Source: Candidatus Paceibacter sp. (GTDB lineage: Bacteria > Patescibacteriota > Minisyncoccia > UBA6257 > 02-FULL-45-10c). From it: 64,000 bases of DNA. The stretch covers positions 29,751 through 93,750 of the forward strand of contig DYGE01000004.1 in the NCBI GenBank assembly GCA_020724845.1, in the 5' to 3' direction. A model generated the notes under the pieces. It ran no database searches. It had not been told where the DNA came from and saw only the letters and a program-made list of their open reading frames with translations. Numbering within the stretch: position 1 is the stretch's first letter; each line of letters opens with the position of its first letter. A program made the position numbers and the translations under genes. Below, piece after piece: positions 19,541 through 33,744 of this stretch.

Positions 19541-22500
19541 TTATTCTTCGCTTAATTTGCTTCTGGATGCGCGAGGCGACTTTTTCGGCTTATTGCTGCT
19601 GCGGTCAATAGCTTGTCCCCGCTCGTCTAATAATTCAACATTTAATCCCAGCGCCTTCAGCTCGCTGACCAAAACATTGAAGGATGCGGGTATATTCGGG
19701 CTACGAATTGGTTCCCCGCGAATGATTGATTCATAGGCGGCAGAGCGGCCCAAAACGTCATCAGACTTAATAGTCAGCATTTCCTGCAAAGTATGCGCGG
19801 CGCCGTATCCTTCTAAAGCCCAAACTTCCATTTCTCCAAAACGCTGGCCTCCAAATTGAGCTTTTCCTCCAAGCGGCTGTTGGGTGATCAGAGAATAAGG
19901 CCCGATGGAACGCATATGGATTTTATCCTCAACTAAGTGATTGAGTTTCAACATGTAAATCATTCCAACGGTAACCTCCTGATGGAACGATTTCCCGCTT
20001 CTGCCGTCATAAAGCTTAACCTTGCCAGACTTCGGCAAACCAGCTTTTTCCAACTCTGCTTGGATTTCTTCCCAAGACGGTCCGGTCAAAGCCGGCGTGT
20101 AAGCGCGATATCCCAACTTAGAAGCCGCCCAACCAAGGTGGGTTTCCAATATTTGTCCAAGATTCATACGAGAAGCAACACCGAGAGGATTAAGGACGAT
20201 ATCCACCGGCGTACCGTCTTCCAAATAAGGCATGTCTTCTACCGGCCGGACTTGAGAAATAACACCCTTGTTTCCATGCCTTCCGGCCAATTTGTCTCCA
20301 GCTCTTATTTTGCGCAGCTGCGCAACCTCAACCTGAACCCTCTTTATAATTCCCGGCTCCAATTTATCGCCCCTCTCTCGATCAAAAATCTTGATGCCGA
20401 CGACGTGGCCTACTTTTCCGTGCGGCATGGTCAAGGAAGTGTCCTTGACATCTCTCGCTTTTTCTCCAAAGATTGCCCGGAGCAATCTCTCTTCGGCCGT
20501 TAACTCGCTTTCGCCCTTGGGAGAAATTTTTCCAACTAAAATATCGCCGGATCGCACTTCGGCTCCGATTCTGATGATTCCTTCTTCATCCAAATTCTTA
20601 AGCTTTTCTTCAGAAACGTTCGGAATATCCGGCGTAGTTACTTCCGGGCCAAGTTTAGTGTCTCGAACATCAATATAAAAATCTTCAATATGAATAGAAG
20701 TGAACTTGTCATCCTGAACTACCCTTTCCGATAGAACTATCGCATCTTCAAAGTTGGCTCCCTCCCAAGAAACGAAGGCTACCAATAAGTTCTGGCCAAG
20801 CGCTAGAACGCCGTTTTCAATTGATGGGCCGTCAGCCAGCACATCTCCCTTTTTCACTGTCTGGCCCCTCTTTACTATTGGCCTGTGTGAGATAGAAGTG
20901 TATTGGTTAGATCGCTTAAATTTGTTTAAAGCATATTTTTTTATTCCAGATTTCGTCTTCAGAACTATCTCTCTTCCATCCACCGCAGTAATTTCTCCAG
21001 GAGCGTCAGCAACAATCAAGTGCCCGGAATCGCGCGCGGCTCTTTCTTCCATGCCGGTTCCGACATAAGGAGCATCCGCCTTTACCGAAACCACCGCCTG
21101 CCTCTGCATGTTAGATCCCATCAAAGCGCGGTTAGCGTCATCATGTTCCAAAAACGGAATCAAAGCGGTGGCCACGCTGATAAGTTGAGTCGGGGCAACA
21201 TCAATGTAATCAACTTCCTTGCGGTTGCAAGTTCCCGGCTCGCCGTTAATTCTTGCCCCTACCACCCCTTGAACTATCTGCCTGGTTTTCGGATCAACCT
21301 GAACCCCAGCGTGGGCAATCTTGTATTTTTCCTCCTCTAAAGCATTCAGCCAGACAATTTTGGAAGTTACCTTGCCATTTTCCACAACTGCGTAAGGAGT
21401 CTCTAAGAAGCCAAGATCATTAACCCTGGCATAGCCGGCCAAGTGATTCACCAAACCGATATTAGAACCTTCCGGAGTTTCAATCGGGCAGATTCTGCCG
21501 TAGTGAGAACTGTGCACATCGCGAACCTCAAAACCGGCCCGCTCCCTGGTTAAGCCTCCTGGGCCCATAGCTGAAATTCTCCTTTTGTGTTCCAATTCCG
21601 CCAGCGGGTTAATTTGATCCATGAACTGCGACAGCTGGGAAGAAGAAAAGAATTCCTTGACGACAGAAATAATCGGCCTAGAATTAACCAATTGCACCGA
21701 GGTCAAGGTGTTAATGTCCAAAGTAGACATTCTATCCTGGACAATGCGTCGGAGCCTGGCCAAACCAACGCGAAGCTTGTTTTGCAAAAGCTCGCCTACC
21801 GGGCGGACCCGCCTGTTGCCCAAATGGTCAATATCATCAGGCTCAACGTTGGATTGGTTGTTGTTTAGCCGGATAACCTCCTTCAAAATTGCTATCAAGT
21901 CATTAAGCTCCAGCAAACGGCCGCTGCTATTTAAGCCCAATCGCTGGTTTACCTTAAACCTGCCTACTTGAGAAAGGTCATATCGGTCAAATCGGGTAAG
22001 CATTGCGTCAATCAAGCTCTTGGCATTATCAACAGTCGCTAAATCTCCCGGCCTAATGCGTTTATAAATTTCGATATAGGAATCATCAGCGCTCTTAGCC
22101 GGATCCTTGCGCAAAGTGGCGTCTATATACTTTATTTCTCCGGTATCAACATCACTGAAGGTATCCTTAATTTCCTCCGCGTCCTCCATGCCGAAAATTC
22201 TTAACAGAGAAGTGGCCGGCGCTTTGCGCTTTCGGTCGATTTTAATACCGATAAACCCGTCGGAATCTGTTTCAAACTCAATCCAAACTCCGCGGTTAGG
22301 AATAATCTTGGCGCCGAAAAGCTTTTTGCCCTTCCAAACATTAGCGGTAAAGTAAACCCCGGACGAGCGGATCAACTGGGAGACCACGACGCGCTCTACT
22401 CCGTTAATAATAAAAGTTCCCCGCTCGGTCATGACGGGAAAATCGCCAAGATAAACTTCCTGCTCCTTTTTATCTTTGGTCCTTCTATTGATGAGTTGAA

Positions 22501-22768
22501 ATTTTACGCGGAGAGCGGCCTCATAGGTTAAATCTTTGTAACGAGAATACTCTTCGTCGTACTTCGGTTCGTCGAAATAAAAATCTTTGAAGTGAAGCTC
22601 TAACTCTTTTCCGGTGTAATCCTTGATCGGAGAAACTTCTTCAAAAAGTTCTTTTAATCCTTTTTTCAAAAACCACTCGTAAGAAGCAGTTTGAATTTCG
22701 ACGAGGTTTGGCTGGGAGATCAATGCTCCCGGGTGAGAAGAAAAAGTCTTTGCTGGTAATTTTGGCAT
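19541..22768 (-). CDS. rpoB: DNA-directed RNA polymerase subunit beta
   Basis: Conserved beta blocks ([13 protein letters not shown]…, rif region). Confidence 0.97.
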   Translation of the reverse strand: MPKLPAKTFSSHPGALISQPNLVEIQTASYEWFLKKGLKELFEEVSPIKDYTGKELELHFKDFYFDEPKYDEEYSRYKDLTYEAALRVKFQLINRRTKDKKEQEVYLGDFPVMTERGTFIINGVERVVVSQLIRSSGVYFTANVWKGKKLFGAKIIPNRGVWIEFETDSDGFIGIKIDRKRKAPATSLLRIFGMEDAEEIKDTFSDVDTGEIKYIDATLRKDPAKSADDSYIEIYKRIRPGDLATVDNAKSLIDAMLTRFDRYDLSQVGRFKVNQRLGLNSSGRLLELNDLIAILKEVIRLNNNQSNVEPDDIDHLGNRRVRPVGELLQNKLRVGLARLRRIVQDRMSTLDINTLTSVQLVNSRPIISVVKEFFSSSQLSQFMDQINPLAELEHKRRISAMGPGGLTRERAGFEVRDVHSSHYGRICPIETPEGSNIGLVNHLAGYARVNDLGFLETPYAVVENGKVTSKIVWLNALEEEKYKIAHAGVQVDPKTRQIVQGVVGARINGEPGTCNRKEVDYIDVAPTQLISVATALIPFLEHDDANRALMGSNMQRQAVVSVKADAPYVGTGMEERAARDSGHLIVADAPGEITAVDGREIVLKTKSGIKKYALNKFKRSNQYTSISHRPIVKRGQTVKKGDVLADGPSIENGVLALGQNLLVAFVSWEGANFEDAIVLSERVVQDDKFTSIHIEDFYIDVRDTKLGPEVTTPDIPNVSEEKLKNLDEEGIIRIGAEVRSGDILVGKISPKGESELTAEERLLRAIFGEKARDVKDTSLTMPHGKVGHVVGIKIFDRERGDKLEPGIIKRVQVEVAQLRKIRAGDKLAGRHGNKGVISQVRPVEDMPYLEDGTPVDIVLNPLGVASRMNLGQILETHLGWAASKLGYRAYTPALTGPSWEEIQAELEKAGLPKSGKVKLYDGRSGKSFHQEVTVGMIYMLKLNHLVEDKIHMRSIGPYSLITQQPLGGKAQFGGQRFGEMEVWALEGYGAAHTLQEMLTIKSDDVLGRSAAYESIIRGEPIRSPNIPASFNVLVSELKALGLNVELLDERGQAIDRSSNKPKKSPRASRSKLSEE

Positions 22769-23076
22769 AAAAATTTACGTAAGCAAACAAATACCCCTCC
22801 CGCTAAGTAGCAGGCTGATTAATTATAAAAAAATAAATTTTATTTGGTGGGCTGCCGCATTAAAATTTACTCAAATTTGCCCTTATCACTCTCTATCTGG
22901 GAAAGGCGCGCTCCTGAACTTATTTGTGCCAAAAAACCGGCACAAAACACGTATGAAACATTATACCGCAGGTACCCTAAATTTGTCAAGCCCCCCCGCG
23001 ATGGCTCAACGCATTAATTTGACAATAGGTAAATTTTGGATTATTTTATGGTTAGTAATCCAAATTCGGAGGCCCG

Positions 23077-23484
23077 ATGGCAAAGAGAATCAGCTTGAGA
23101 GAATTTAGAAAAATTCTCCCATTGATCTGCGATAAAAAGACTGCTTACTGCGCGAGAGAATGGAGCAAAAACAACCCTCTCTGGGGCCATTGCGCGGTAG
23201 TAGCATTGCTGATTCAGGAAATCTTTGGCGGAGACATCTTAAGGGCTTCCCTTAAAGGAACAGAGTTCGCCAAAGCGCGATTCCATTTCTGGAACCTTTT
23301 ACCTGACAAGCAAGAAGCAGACGAGACCAGAATACAATTTCGAGGTAAGTTCCCTAAGGGACTCAAGACAATATCGCGAAAACGCAACCAGCTCTTGCGT
23401 ATTGAGCAGGTGGCCCAACGATACAATTTAATCCGAAACCGACTAAAAAAAGAGTTGGCCAAAAGAAAAATCCGCTTCGAGTGA
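23077..23484 (+). CDS. hypothetical protein
   Basis: 135-aa basic protein; upstream TTGACA-like promoter; no recognised motif. Confidence 0.4.
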   Translation: MAKRISLREFRKILPLICDKKTAYCAREWSKNNPLWGHCAVVALLIQEIFGGDILRASLKGTEFAKARFHFWNLLPDKQEADETRIQFRGKFPKGLKTISRKRNQLLRIEQVAQRYNLIRNRLKKELAKRKIRFE

Positions 23485-23499
23485 GCGGATTTCTTATTT

Positions 23500-24690
23500 T
23501 TAAGCAAACAGAGGGAGTTCCGACTTGGTGCGAGTAGTGTGCTGAACCGGAAACTCGGTCATCACAAAACGCATCGCCGCAAGCAGCTTCTTAGAGTCCT
23601 TCCGGATCTTAAGTTCAATTATGCAGCCATCTTGTCCCTTGTAAGGCGTATCAATTGCCACGTAGAGCGCCTCATCCTCGTCAAGAAGAATGGTGCGTCG
23701 GAAAAAAAGTTCTTTGTCATGCTCGCCGGCGCGAATCAGACGCCGGACCTCTTTCGGTAGCTCACTGGCGCAATCCGGCATTCCTACTTCGTCGATAAAC
23801 CAATAAAATTTGTCTTTGCGAACCGGAAAGAATCTGAACTGGTCAAACCGGGTTGTGAATTCCTCCTGCGGCCGAGTATAAACCGCCTGGACGGTCTGCA
23901 TATTGCCGGTTGAAAGCATCTTCGCGAGATTTTCAATCAGCTTATTCTTCCGAGGCCCAAGCGTGCGCTGCCGTAACCGGACAACCGGATCCCGGCCGGA
24001 AAAACTCGGCAAACTATTGCCGAAATATCGGTCATGGTAATCAAGGGTTTCTATAAACTTAAGATTCAAGCCAGAACGCAGTCTCGATAAAATCTCTTCT
24101 CTATCAGCGTGCGACTGAATAAGAAATCTTGCTTCAAGATAACTGTCAACGCCGAATCCGCTTTTGAGCATCCTCCTCTTAAAAAACGCGTAACGCGCTT
24201 CCGTCACGCCTACCTCCAGCCAGGCGACTATGACAACCGCTACCAGAAAGCTGGTTGACGCGGCCAGCCAAAGCGGTACGCCGGGATAAAAAGAGAGCCC
24301 GAAGAACAGAAGCACATAGACCGGATCATGGACAAGAAGATCTTCGATCAAGCTCACTGATCCATTTTTTAGCGCCCTGATAAAATAGGAAAGAAAAGAT
24401 TTCCGATCCTTCGGCGTTGTCGCTCGATATAGCCCGGTCGCTTCGTAAATATGAGCTGGAAAAAAGCCGATCTTTTCAACTACCGGTCCGACAAAAGCAA
24501 GAATCACTGTTGAGGCTGTAAACAAGCCGACCAAGGTCGTGCCGACGACGCTAATCGCAAGCGCGATCATCTCGTCTCTGCCAAAACGCTTGAAGACGTT
24601 CCAAAAAGGGCTCCCCGGAAGCCTGATCAGCTCGCCATCACGATATTCGGTCCGCTCATGATGGCCATGAGCGTGTCCATGATGATGCAC
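23500..24690 (-). CDS. hypothetical membrane protein with His-rich N-terminus
   Basis: MHHHGHAHGHH… start, several TM helices, soluble C-terminal domain. Confidence 0.5.
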   Translation of the reverse strand: MHHHGHAHGHHERTEYRDGELIRLPGSPFWNVFKRFGRDEMIALAISVVGTTLVGLFTASTVILAFVGPVVEKIGFFPAHIYEATGLYRATTPKDRKSFLSYFIRALKNGSVSLIEDLLVHDPVYVLLFFGLSFYPGVPLWLAASTSFLVAVVIVAWLEVGVTEARYAFFKRRMLKSGFGVDSYLEARFLIQSHADREEILSRLRSGLNLKFIETLDYHDRYFGNSLPSFSGRDPVVRLRQRTLGPRKNKLIENLAKMLSTGNMQTVQAVYTRPQEEFTTRFDQFRFFPVRKDKFYWFIDEVGMPDCASELPKEVRRLIRAGEHDKELFFRRTILLDEDEALYVAIDTPYKGQDGCIIELKIRKDSKKLLAAMRFVMTEFPVQHTTRTKSELPLFA

Positions 24691-24894
24691 GCAACCTCTA
24701 TAAGTAAATGAGCCATATTATTTATATACCTGATCAGAGCGGGAGTCAATTGAAAACTACAAAATTTCCTTCAGAGAGGCAATCTTTATTGTTCCCGGCA
24801 TCTCCCCGGAATTTTCGTTTGACTCGCTACTGGCTTGGCTATATCATAATAAACGGTACACCTAATCAAAATTTGGAAGAAAGGGGGTCGTGCG

Positions 24895-25176
24895 ATGAAA
24901 AAAATATTCACGCTCGTTTTAGCTATCTGCCTGATATTGCCAATGTCCGGGTGCGGAGACACGAAGGTCATTAAAGGCGTTGGGTACGATACCTACGGCT
25001 TAATCAACGAGGACGAAAAGAAAAATCCCGACATCCAGTATGAGCCCGTCTGGGGAAATATCATCTGGGGAATACTTCTGGTTGAAACCGTCGTCGCGCC
25101 CATCTACTTTTTCGGTTTCAGCATGTTTGAGCCGGTTGGAGAGAAGCCAAAAATCAAAGGCCAAGTCACCAAGTAA
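24895..25176 (+). CDS. small lipoprotein
   Basis: Signal peptide plus lipobox LPMSGC; followed by a terminator. Confidence 0.55.
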   Translation: MKKIFTLVLAICLILPMSGCGDTKVIKGVGYDTYGLINEDEKKNPDIQYEPVWGNIIWGILLVETVVAPIYFFGFSMFEPVGEKPKIKGQVTK

Positions 25177-25185
25177 AAATAACAA

Positions 25186-25217
25186 AACCGCTTTTCGCAA
25201 GCGGTCTTTTCTTTTCA
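25186..25217. terminator. bidirectional intrinsic terminator
   Basis: Hairpin CCGCTT-TTCGC-AAGCGG with an A-run before and a T-run after; lies between the convergent lipoprotein gene and mltG. Confidence 0.6.
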
Positions 25218-25238
25218 AATTATTTTTTACGAGAACAA

Positions 25239-26270
25239 TCAAACCCCGAGATACTTAGCCCGGTTATCGTTGTGCTCATTCAATGTCCGACTGAAAATAG
25301 TCTTTTTAGTCTTGGGATCAGACAAGTAATACAGGTATTCAGACGCGATCGGATCTAAAGCCGCCTTGATTGACTCCAGTCCAGGATTTCCAATGGGTCC
25401 CGGAGGAAGCTGGTTGTGCGTGTAGGTATTGTATAAAGAAGAAAATTCTAAATCCCTCCGATAAACTTTCGGATCAGCGCAAGTCACGAAAGCTCCTTCG
25501 CATTTCGCGTAAGTAATAGTGGAGTCCACCTGAAGGGCTATGCCAAGTTTTAGGCGCTTATATAATATGCCGGCAATCAGCTGACGATCACGGAACTCCG
25601 GCGCCTCCTTTTCTAATAAAGAAGCGATGGTTAGGACCTCCATCAAATTGTTGGTTGTTGGTTGTTGGTTGTTGGCCATCAATATCGGCCAGGCCTTTTG
25701 TTCAAATGCATCTAAGAATTTTCTTGCTACTACTTCGGTATTACTGCCTAAGAAAAATCTGTAAGTATCCGGGAATAAAAACCCCTCCAGGTCGGAGTTG
25801 GGATTTAAAAATTCATACCCATCCGCTAATCCAGCAACCTCAAAACTAACCAGCGCTCCAGCGGGCAAAATTCCGTTCTTAGCTAAAATAGCGTCAATAT
25901 CTTTGACTGTTACACCTTCTGGAAGCGTAACCGCTACATCAACAACCGGACCGCGGACAATGGACCTTAGTATGGCCGGTGTGCTAGATCCGGGACTCAA
26001 AAGATAATTCCCCGGTTTAAGCTGATGAGCTGATCCGGAAAAAACGCCATACACCAAGAAAGCTTCTCGGGAGCGGATGAAGTTATTTTCTTCCAGTATG
26101 GCCGCCACCTCCCGGAATCCGTCGCCTCCTTTTATCTCTAAAGATTTATATTGGCTTGAGCTGGAGGCCGGGGTGAGTAGAAACAAAAATAAAGCGATAA
26201 TTATGCTTAGTCCCGACCAGAACGCGAATGCTAGTTTTTGCATAGTTCTAAAATCTTTTATACACAACAA
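25239..26270 (-). CDS. mltG: endolytic murein transglycosylase MltG (YceG family)
   Basis: N-terminal TM, YceG-like core (…LLEKEAPEF…IAGILYKRL…LQVDSTITYA). Confidence 0.85.
   Translation of the reverse strand: MLCIKDFRTMQKLAFAFWSGLSIIIALFLFLLTPASSSSQYKSLEIKGGDGFREVAAILEENNFIRSREAFLVYGVFSGSAHQLKPGNYLLSPGSSTPAILRSIVRGPVVDVAVTLPEGVTVKDIDAILAKNGILPAGALVSFEVAGLADGYEFLNPNSDLEGFLFPDTYRFFLGSNTEVVARKFLDAFEQKAWPILMANNQQPTTNNLMEVLTIASLLEKEAPEFRDRQLIAGILYKRLKLGIALQVDSTITYAKCEGAFVTCADPKVYRRDLEFSSLYNTYTHNQLPPGPIGNPGLESIKAALDPIASEYLYYLSDPKTKKTIFSRTLNEHNDNRAKYLGV
25648..25675. repeat. heptanucleotide tandem repeat (TTGTTGG)x4 inside the mltG CDS
   Basis: Direct read of four perfect 7-nt units; encodes NNQQPTTNN in frame. 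Confidence 0.9.
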
Positions 26271-27321
26271 TACCCTGAATCATTCCAATTAACAAAGCGC
26301 TTATTAGAAAATTTGAGCCGCCGTAACTCAAAAACGGGAATGGCACTCCGATAACCGGCAAAAGGCCTAGATTAGATCCTACATTCAAGACGAAATGGAG
26401 TAAAAACATAATTACAACCCCTAAGCATACTAGCTTGCCAAAATTGTTGTCCGCCCCAATGCCTATGTAAATAATGCGCAGTACAATAAGTAAAAATGCC
26501 AGCACGACTGCCAGCCCGCCAAAAGCTCCCCACTCCTCAATAAAGGCGGCGAAAATAAAGTCTGTCTGCGCCTCCGGCAAAAATCCAAGCTGGACTTGGG
26601 TGCCCTGCCCGAAGCCCTTACCCCAAAATCCAGCCGATCCGATGGCTATTTTAGATTGAATGACGCTATAATTCACCCCCAATGGATCCCGCGACGGATC
26701 AAATAGGCCCAAAATACGCTCTTTCTGATATTCTTGTAAAACACTGGTCCACAAAAATGCGAATCCTACCAAAAATAACAGGGAGGCCAGAAAAATATGC
26801 TTCCAGCGAAGGCCGCTGACCAGCAGATAGCCGAACCAGATTCCGAACATAATTAGGGCTGTTCCCATGTCCGGCTGTAAAACCACCAAGCCAACCGGGA
26901 AAACAAGATAAAGAAAGGATTTGAAAATATTTTTTAGGTGCGCGATACCGATATGCGCTTTGGCAAAAAATGAAGAGTAAATAACTATTAGGGCGAATTT
27001 GGCGAATTCAGAGGTCTGGAATTGAAGCCCGAAGATCGGAAGCCAGGCCCGAATCCCGCGAATCGTTGGGGCGAATAAGTAAGTGATCACTAATAGCAGG
27101 ATGGCAAATAGATAAATCCCGAACAGGAAACGATTATTACTGGCAAACGAACGCCAGTCAAAGTTAGCAACCGAAAAAATAATCCCGAACCCTATAACAA
27201 ACCAAACGAACTGCCACCAGGCAAGACCAGGGGCAGTGCTAGCAAGCGAAAGCAAGCTTGCTAAAGCAAGAAAGATAATCCCGCCGTTCAAAGTCCAGTC
27301 TAGTTTTTTTAAGTAGGCCAT
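26248..27321 (-). CDS. ftsW: SEDS-family peptidoglycan glycosyltransferase FtsW/RodA
   Basis: 10-TM SEDS pattern; conserved FtsW/RodA blocks. Confidence 0.9.
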   Translation of the reverse strand: MAYLKKLDWTLNGGIIFLALASLLSLASTAPGLAWWQFVWFVIGFGIIFSVANFDWRSFASNNRFLFGIYLFAILLLVITYLFAPTIRGIRAWLPIFGLQFQTSEFAKFALIVIYSSFFAKAHIGIAHLKNIFKSFLYLVFPVGLVVLQPDMGTALIMFGIWFGYLLVSGLRWKHIFLASLLFLVGFAFLWTSVLQEYQKERILGLFDPSRDPLGVNYSVIQSKIAIGSAGFWGKGFGQGTQVQLGFLPEAQTDFIFAAFIEEWGAFGGLAVVLAFLLIVLRIIYIGIGADNNFGKLVCLGVVIMFLLHFVLNVGSNLGLLPVIGVPFPFLSYGGSNFLISALLIGMIQGIVVYKRF

Positions 27322-27397
27322 ATTGACAAATATTTATAATTTTGCTAGTATAAGAACACTAATATAGTAGCAGATTCCGCTTGCGCGGGATCCTGTT

Positions 27398-27428
27398 CCC
27401 CCGACTTCGGTCGGGGGCTTTTTTTATC
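27398..27428 (+). terminator. orphan plus-strand intrinsic terminator
   Basis: Hairpin CCCCCGAC-TTCG-GTCGGGGG followed by CTTTTTTTAT; TTGACA/TAGTAT promoter-like pair about 50 nt upstream. Confidence 0.55.
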
Positions 27429-27618
27429 TTCCCAACCAAGCAATTGAGTGAAACTTGTTTTCGAGCCAACATTAGCGAAGCTTGATTATAAATAAATGAG
27501 CGAATAGGAAATTTATCGGGATACCCAGGAAGGATGACTAGGGTGATAAATTTCCGTATATGAGCGAATATTATTTATTCGAGCGAGAGCGTCCGTTGGC
27601 GAGAAAATCAGTTGAACG

Positions 27619-28395
27619 TTACTTTAATATTTCCATAAACACACTCCTCCCAGTCGCTTCCGCGTCTACCGTTTCCAGCACCTCCCTATCTGCCGGAATG
27701 AAAATCCTGAAACTTTCCACCCGGAACGCTCCGATATTATTCAAAACGGTCTTGGAGGCCCCGACTCGCTTGCCAGTATTATCAACTAAAAAAGCATTGA
27801 CAGTTAATCGAGAAACAATGTAGTTGTTCAGATTAGCGGCGCTGCCATTCACTACTACCTGATCTCTTTCCACGGAAACATTGACGTCTTTAAGCTCTAC
27901 TGAAGGCCGGAAAAATTCCTCCGGAGATTCCCAGACAATGCTCTCGGCATTAAGTTTGAAATCCGCCCGCGCTGGTATGCCGGTAGCAATTCTTATCCCT
28001 GCCTCAATAATATTCTTAGTCTCTCCAGGATAGAGGAAGGAGGTATTATTTATAGTGCGAAGCAGGTTACCGGACCCATCATAGATGTCTATGGAGTATC
28101 CGAATGACTTAGCTCCGAAGTTTATATTGGGGTTAGTCACTTGGGCGCTTATAGAGAAAAGACGGTCGGCGCTGTATAAAACTGCCTGACTGGCAGAGAG
28201 CGGCCGTAAATTTTTGATTTCGCAGGGAATGCAGGGGCCGCCGCAATCAATCCCGGTTTCTCCCTGATTCTGCCTATTATCAAAACAAGTCGGCGCCGGA
28301 CGCAAAGCCACAAAATAAATTCCCCAGGCTACCGCTCCGAGCAGGACCAAGTACATAAATCCATAAAGTAATTGTTTCCCTAAACGCGCTGACAT
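27619..28395 (-). CDS. hypothetical secreted/membrane-anchored protein
   Basis: ORF-track ORF 27619..28512 overlaps the 5S gene. The internal Met (MSARLGKQ…) at 28395 precedes a signal-anchor helix and has a TATAAT upstream, so it is the likely start. Confidence 0.5.
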   Translation of the reverse strand: MSARLGKQLLYGFMYLVLLGAVAWGIYFVALRPAPTCFDNRQNQGETGIDCGGPCIPCEIKNLRPLSASQAVLYSADRLFSISAQVTNPNINFGAKSFGYSIDIYDGSGNLLRTINNTSFLYPGETKNIIEAGIRIATGIPARADFKLNAESIVWESPEEFFRPSVELKDVNVSVERDQVVVNGSAANLNNYIVSRLTVNAFLVDNTGKRVGASKTVLNNIGAFRVESFRIFIPADREVLETVDAEATGRSVFMEILK

Positions 28396-28437
28396 ATAAA
28401 AATTATACAATATAACGCTGGATAAAAAAATAAAATA

Positions 28438-28574
28438 CACCCTTAGTTGTTGGCACATCCTACTTTCTCGTCCGCCGAAGCAGATAATATCATCGGATTT
28501 AAACGCTTTCACTTCTCTGTTCGGAATGGGAAGAGGTGGGCCACGTTTAGATAAAGCACCAACAACTAAGGGTG
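28438..28574 (-). rRNA. rrf: 5S rRNA
   Basis: Reverse complement contains CCCATTCCGAACAGAGAAGTGAAA; extended terminal helix CACCCTTAGTTGTTGG/CCAACAACTAAGGGTG; ~25 nt downstream of the 23S 3' end. Confidence 0.7.
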
Positions 28575-28603
28575 TATTTTACAAAGGTAATCAAATAAAT
28601 ACT

Positions 28604-31792
<3,189 letters not shown>

Positions 31793-32054
31793 TCGGTACG
31801 TTCTGACCTCTTAAGTCAGTATTTATTAAGTTGATTTTACCCACATGTAAAATCTACGGCACGCTGTTTAGCTTATATATATAAGCCGATGAAAATGCAT
31901 TATTTTTCAGCATGCCGATTAAAATCTCCTATTTAGCTTTCCGCTTTCGGCAGATCGCTTTCTCAAAATTCTGGAATCTCTCTCATAACTGTTAATCTCT
32001 CCCGCAATCTTCCAAATTTTTCAGAAAATTGCGGGAAGGATTAAGAGAACAAAA

Positions 32055-32085
32055 AACTGCGCGAGCAGCGCAGCTTTCTAGATAT
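32055..32085 (-). terminator. intrinsic terminator after the 32293..32973 gene
   Basis: On the minus strand, hairpin CTGCGC-TGCTC-GCGCAG followed by TTTTTTG. Confidence 0.5.
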
Positions 32086-32292
32086 ACTAAAAAGTCCCGA
32101 TCACCAATCTGCGCTGTTTTTGATATGTAACTTGATACTCATTAGTTGTACTAAACAGTATAGCTATACCAGAAATAATGTCAATACCCAATAAAAAACT
32201 CCGGCCTGGCGCTCCGATACCTCACATACCAGAGCGTCATTCCGGAAGTTTTTTATTTTCATTTGCCAGTTACTAGTGACCAGCTTATGAAT

Positions 32293-32973
32293 TTATGCCT
32301 CCAATTCGTTTTGGAGTTTTTGCATCAAGTGAGCAGCATAATCTCTGCCGCCCAGACCAAATGCCAAACCGCCGGCAAGAGCCAGCATAGCAATAAAGCC
32401 GGTGATCAAGGTATTGATTATGGAGACGGCTATGCCAAGTTGCACCAAGGCAGCCAACCCACCGAATACCATCACTGTCCACCAGGCTGCCGATCCCAAG
32501 AATTTAGCAGCGTGCAGCTTCGCGCTCATTACTGAAGCTCTAACCAAGTGCCTTGCAAAGTTAGCAACGACAAAAGCCGCTACCATTATAAGCACAGCGA
32601 TTACCAAGTTAGGAATGTATAAGAGAACATCCCTCAAGAAGCTTGATAAAGCGAAGAAGCCGAGAATATCAGATGCCGCCAACAAGAAAGCAAGGAGCAA
32701 GAACCAATACACTACTTCGCCGAGAAAATGACCGGAGTTTAACTCCATATTCGCTCGCTTAGTATATTCTTCCAAGCCGAACTTCCTTAGAAGAGCGTCT
32801 AATTTCAAGGCTCCTACCAACTTCTCGACCAAAGAACCAATGCCCGCGGCAACGATTAAGCCAACCACGAAAACCAGGAGCGCGCCCAATAAAGACGGCA
32901 ACCAGGCGACTACTTGAGTCCAAAGGTTTTGCAAGGAGCTAACAAGAACGTCTGTCCAAGTTTGAATTAACAT
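32293..32973 (-). CDS. membrane protein with repeated TM helices (MscS-N-terminal-like / conserved TM-helix repeat family)
   Basis: Hydrophobic repeats, no soluble domain; weak family assignment. Confidence 0.45.
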   Translation of the reverse strand: MLIQTWTDVLVSSLQNLWTQVVAWLPSLLGALLVFVVGLIVAAGIGSLVEKLVGALKLDALLRKFGLEEYTKRANMELNSGHFLGEVVYWFLLLAFLLAASDILGFFALSSFLRDVLLYIPNLVIAVLIMVAAFVVANFARHLVRASVMSAKLHAAKFLGSAAWWTVMVFGGLAALVQLGIAVSIINTLITGFIAMLALAGGLAFGLGGRDYAAHLMQKLQNELEA

Positions 32974-33131
32974 TTATTTTAAAAACTTTAATTACTTTTA
33001 GCTTGTCGACCTTTAAATTGCAATTTAAAGGCTGCCTTCAGGCAACCTAATTTAATTATAGCAAACTATATACTTTTGATATTTTAAAGTTGTGGAAAAC
33101 TAAAAATCCCGATTGTCTCGGGATTTACCAG

Positions 33132-33686
33132 TTATTCCATACCTCGCGCTTTCATCAAGCTTTCAAAAAGGGATTGAAGGTTTTTAGGGGTGAACTCCGC
33201 GCTTAAATGAGAAGAGCGCTTGTCACTCTCATCGCAATGAGCGAGAAAAGCGCCTGCGTCTTCATCAAATTCACGAAAACGCACAGTGGCTTGATCGCAA
33301 TAAACCCGCAGACCAGATTTAAAAGGACAGGAATGGTTGGGGAAATATCCGTATTCTAGATAGTATCCCCAGGAACGATCGCCTATGTAGTGCAGCAAAG
33401 GATATTTCCAAAGGATTGCCGCCGCACGATTACGCCATTTCTTATTCTCATTTTCAGCGATCTTCTTAAGCTCCGCTTCCGCAGCCTCAAACTCCTCCAA
33501 AGAAAGATTTCCGTGCTTCATGCCTAAACCAACGGTTAGGAAGTGATAGACCGAGAATATAGACTTTAACAATCTGCACTTTCCTCGCTCCCTATTCGTA
33601 ACTCTGCTCTCATCCTCAATTCGTTTCAAAACCTTCTCAAATCCGGTATTTTTAACTAGAGCCGTCTCGGACGCGCTGTCCCGCAT
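33132..33686 (-). CDS. hypothetical protein
   Basis: No recognised motif. Confidence 0.4.
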   Translation of the reverse strand: MRDSASETALVKNTGFEKVLKRIEDESRVTNRERGKCRLLKSIFSVYHFLTVGLGMKHGNLSLEEFEAAEAELKKIAENENKKWRNRAAAILWKYPLLHYIGDRSWGYYLEYGYFPNHSCPFKSGLRVYCDQATVRFREFDEDAGAFLAHCDESDKRSSHLSAEFTPKNLQSLFESLMKARGME

Positions 33687-33744
33687 TCTAAACTCCTCCT
33701 TGTTAGGCGAACTACCGAAGATTATAACAAAAATCTGCGAAATG

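Noticed and set aside
15946-22768. Many 60-190-aa antisense ORFs inside rpoB/rpoC (e.g. 19937..20503, 17533..17895)
   Set aside because: They are fully embedded antisense in highly conserved essential genes and have no supporting signals.
27619-28512. Long form of the 27619 ORF, extending to 28512
   Set aside because: Its first 39 codons overlap the 5S rRNA gene; the internal Met at 28395 precedes a signal anchor and has a TATAAT upstream.
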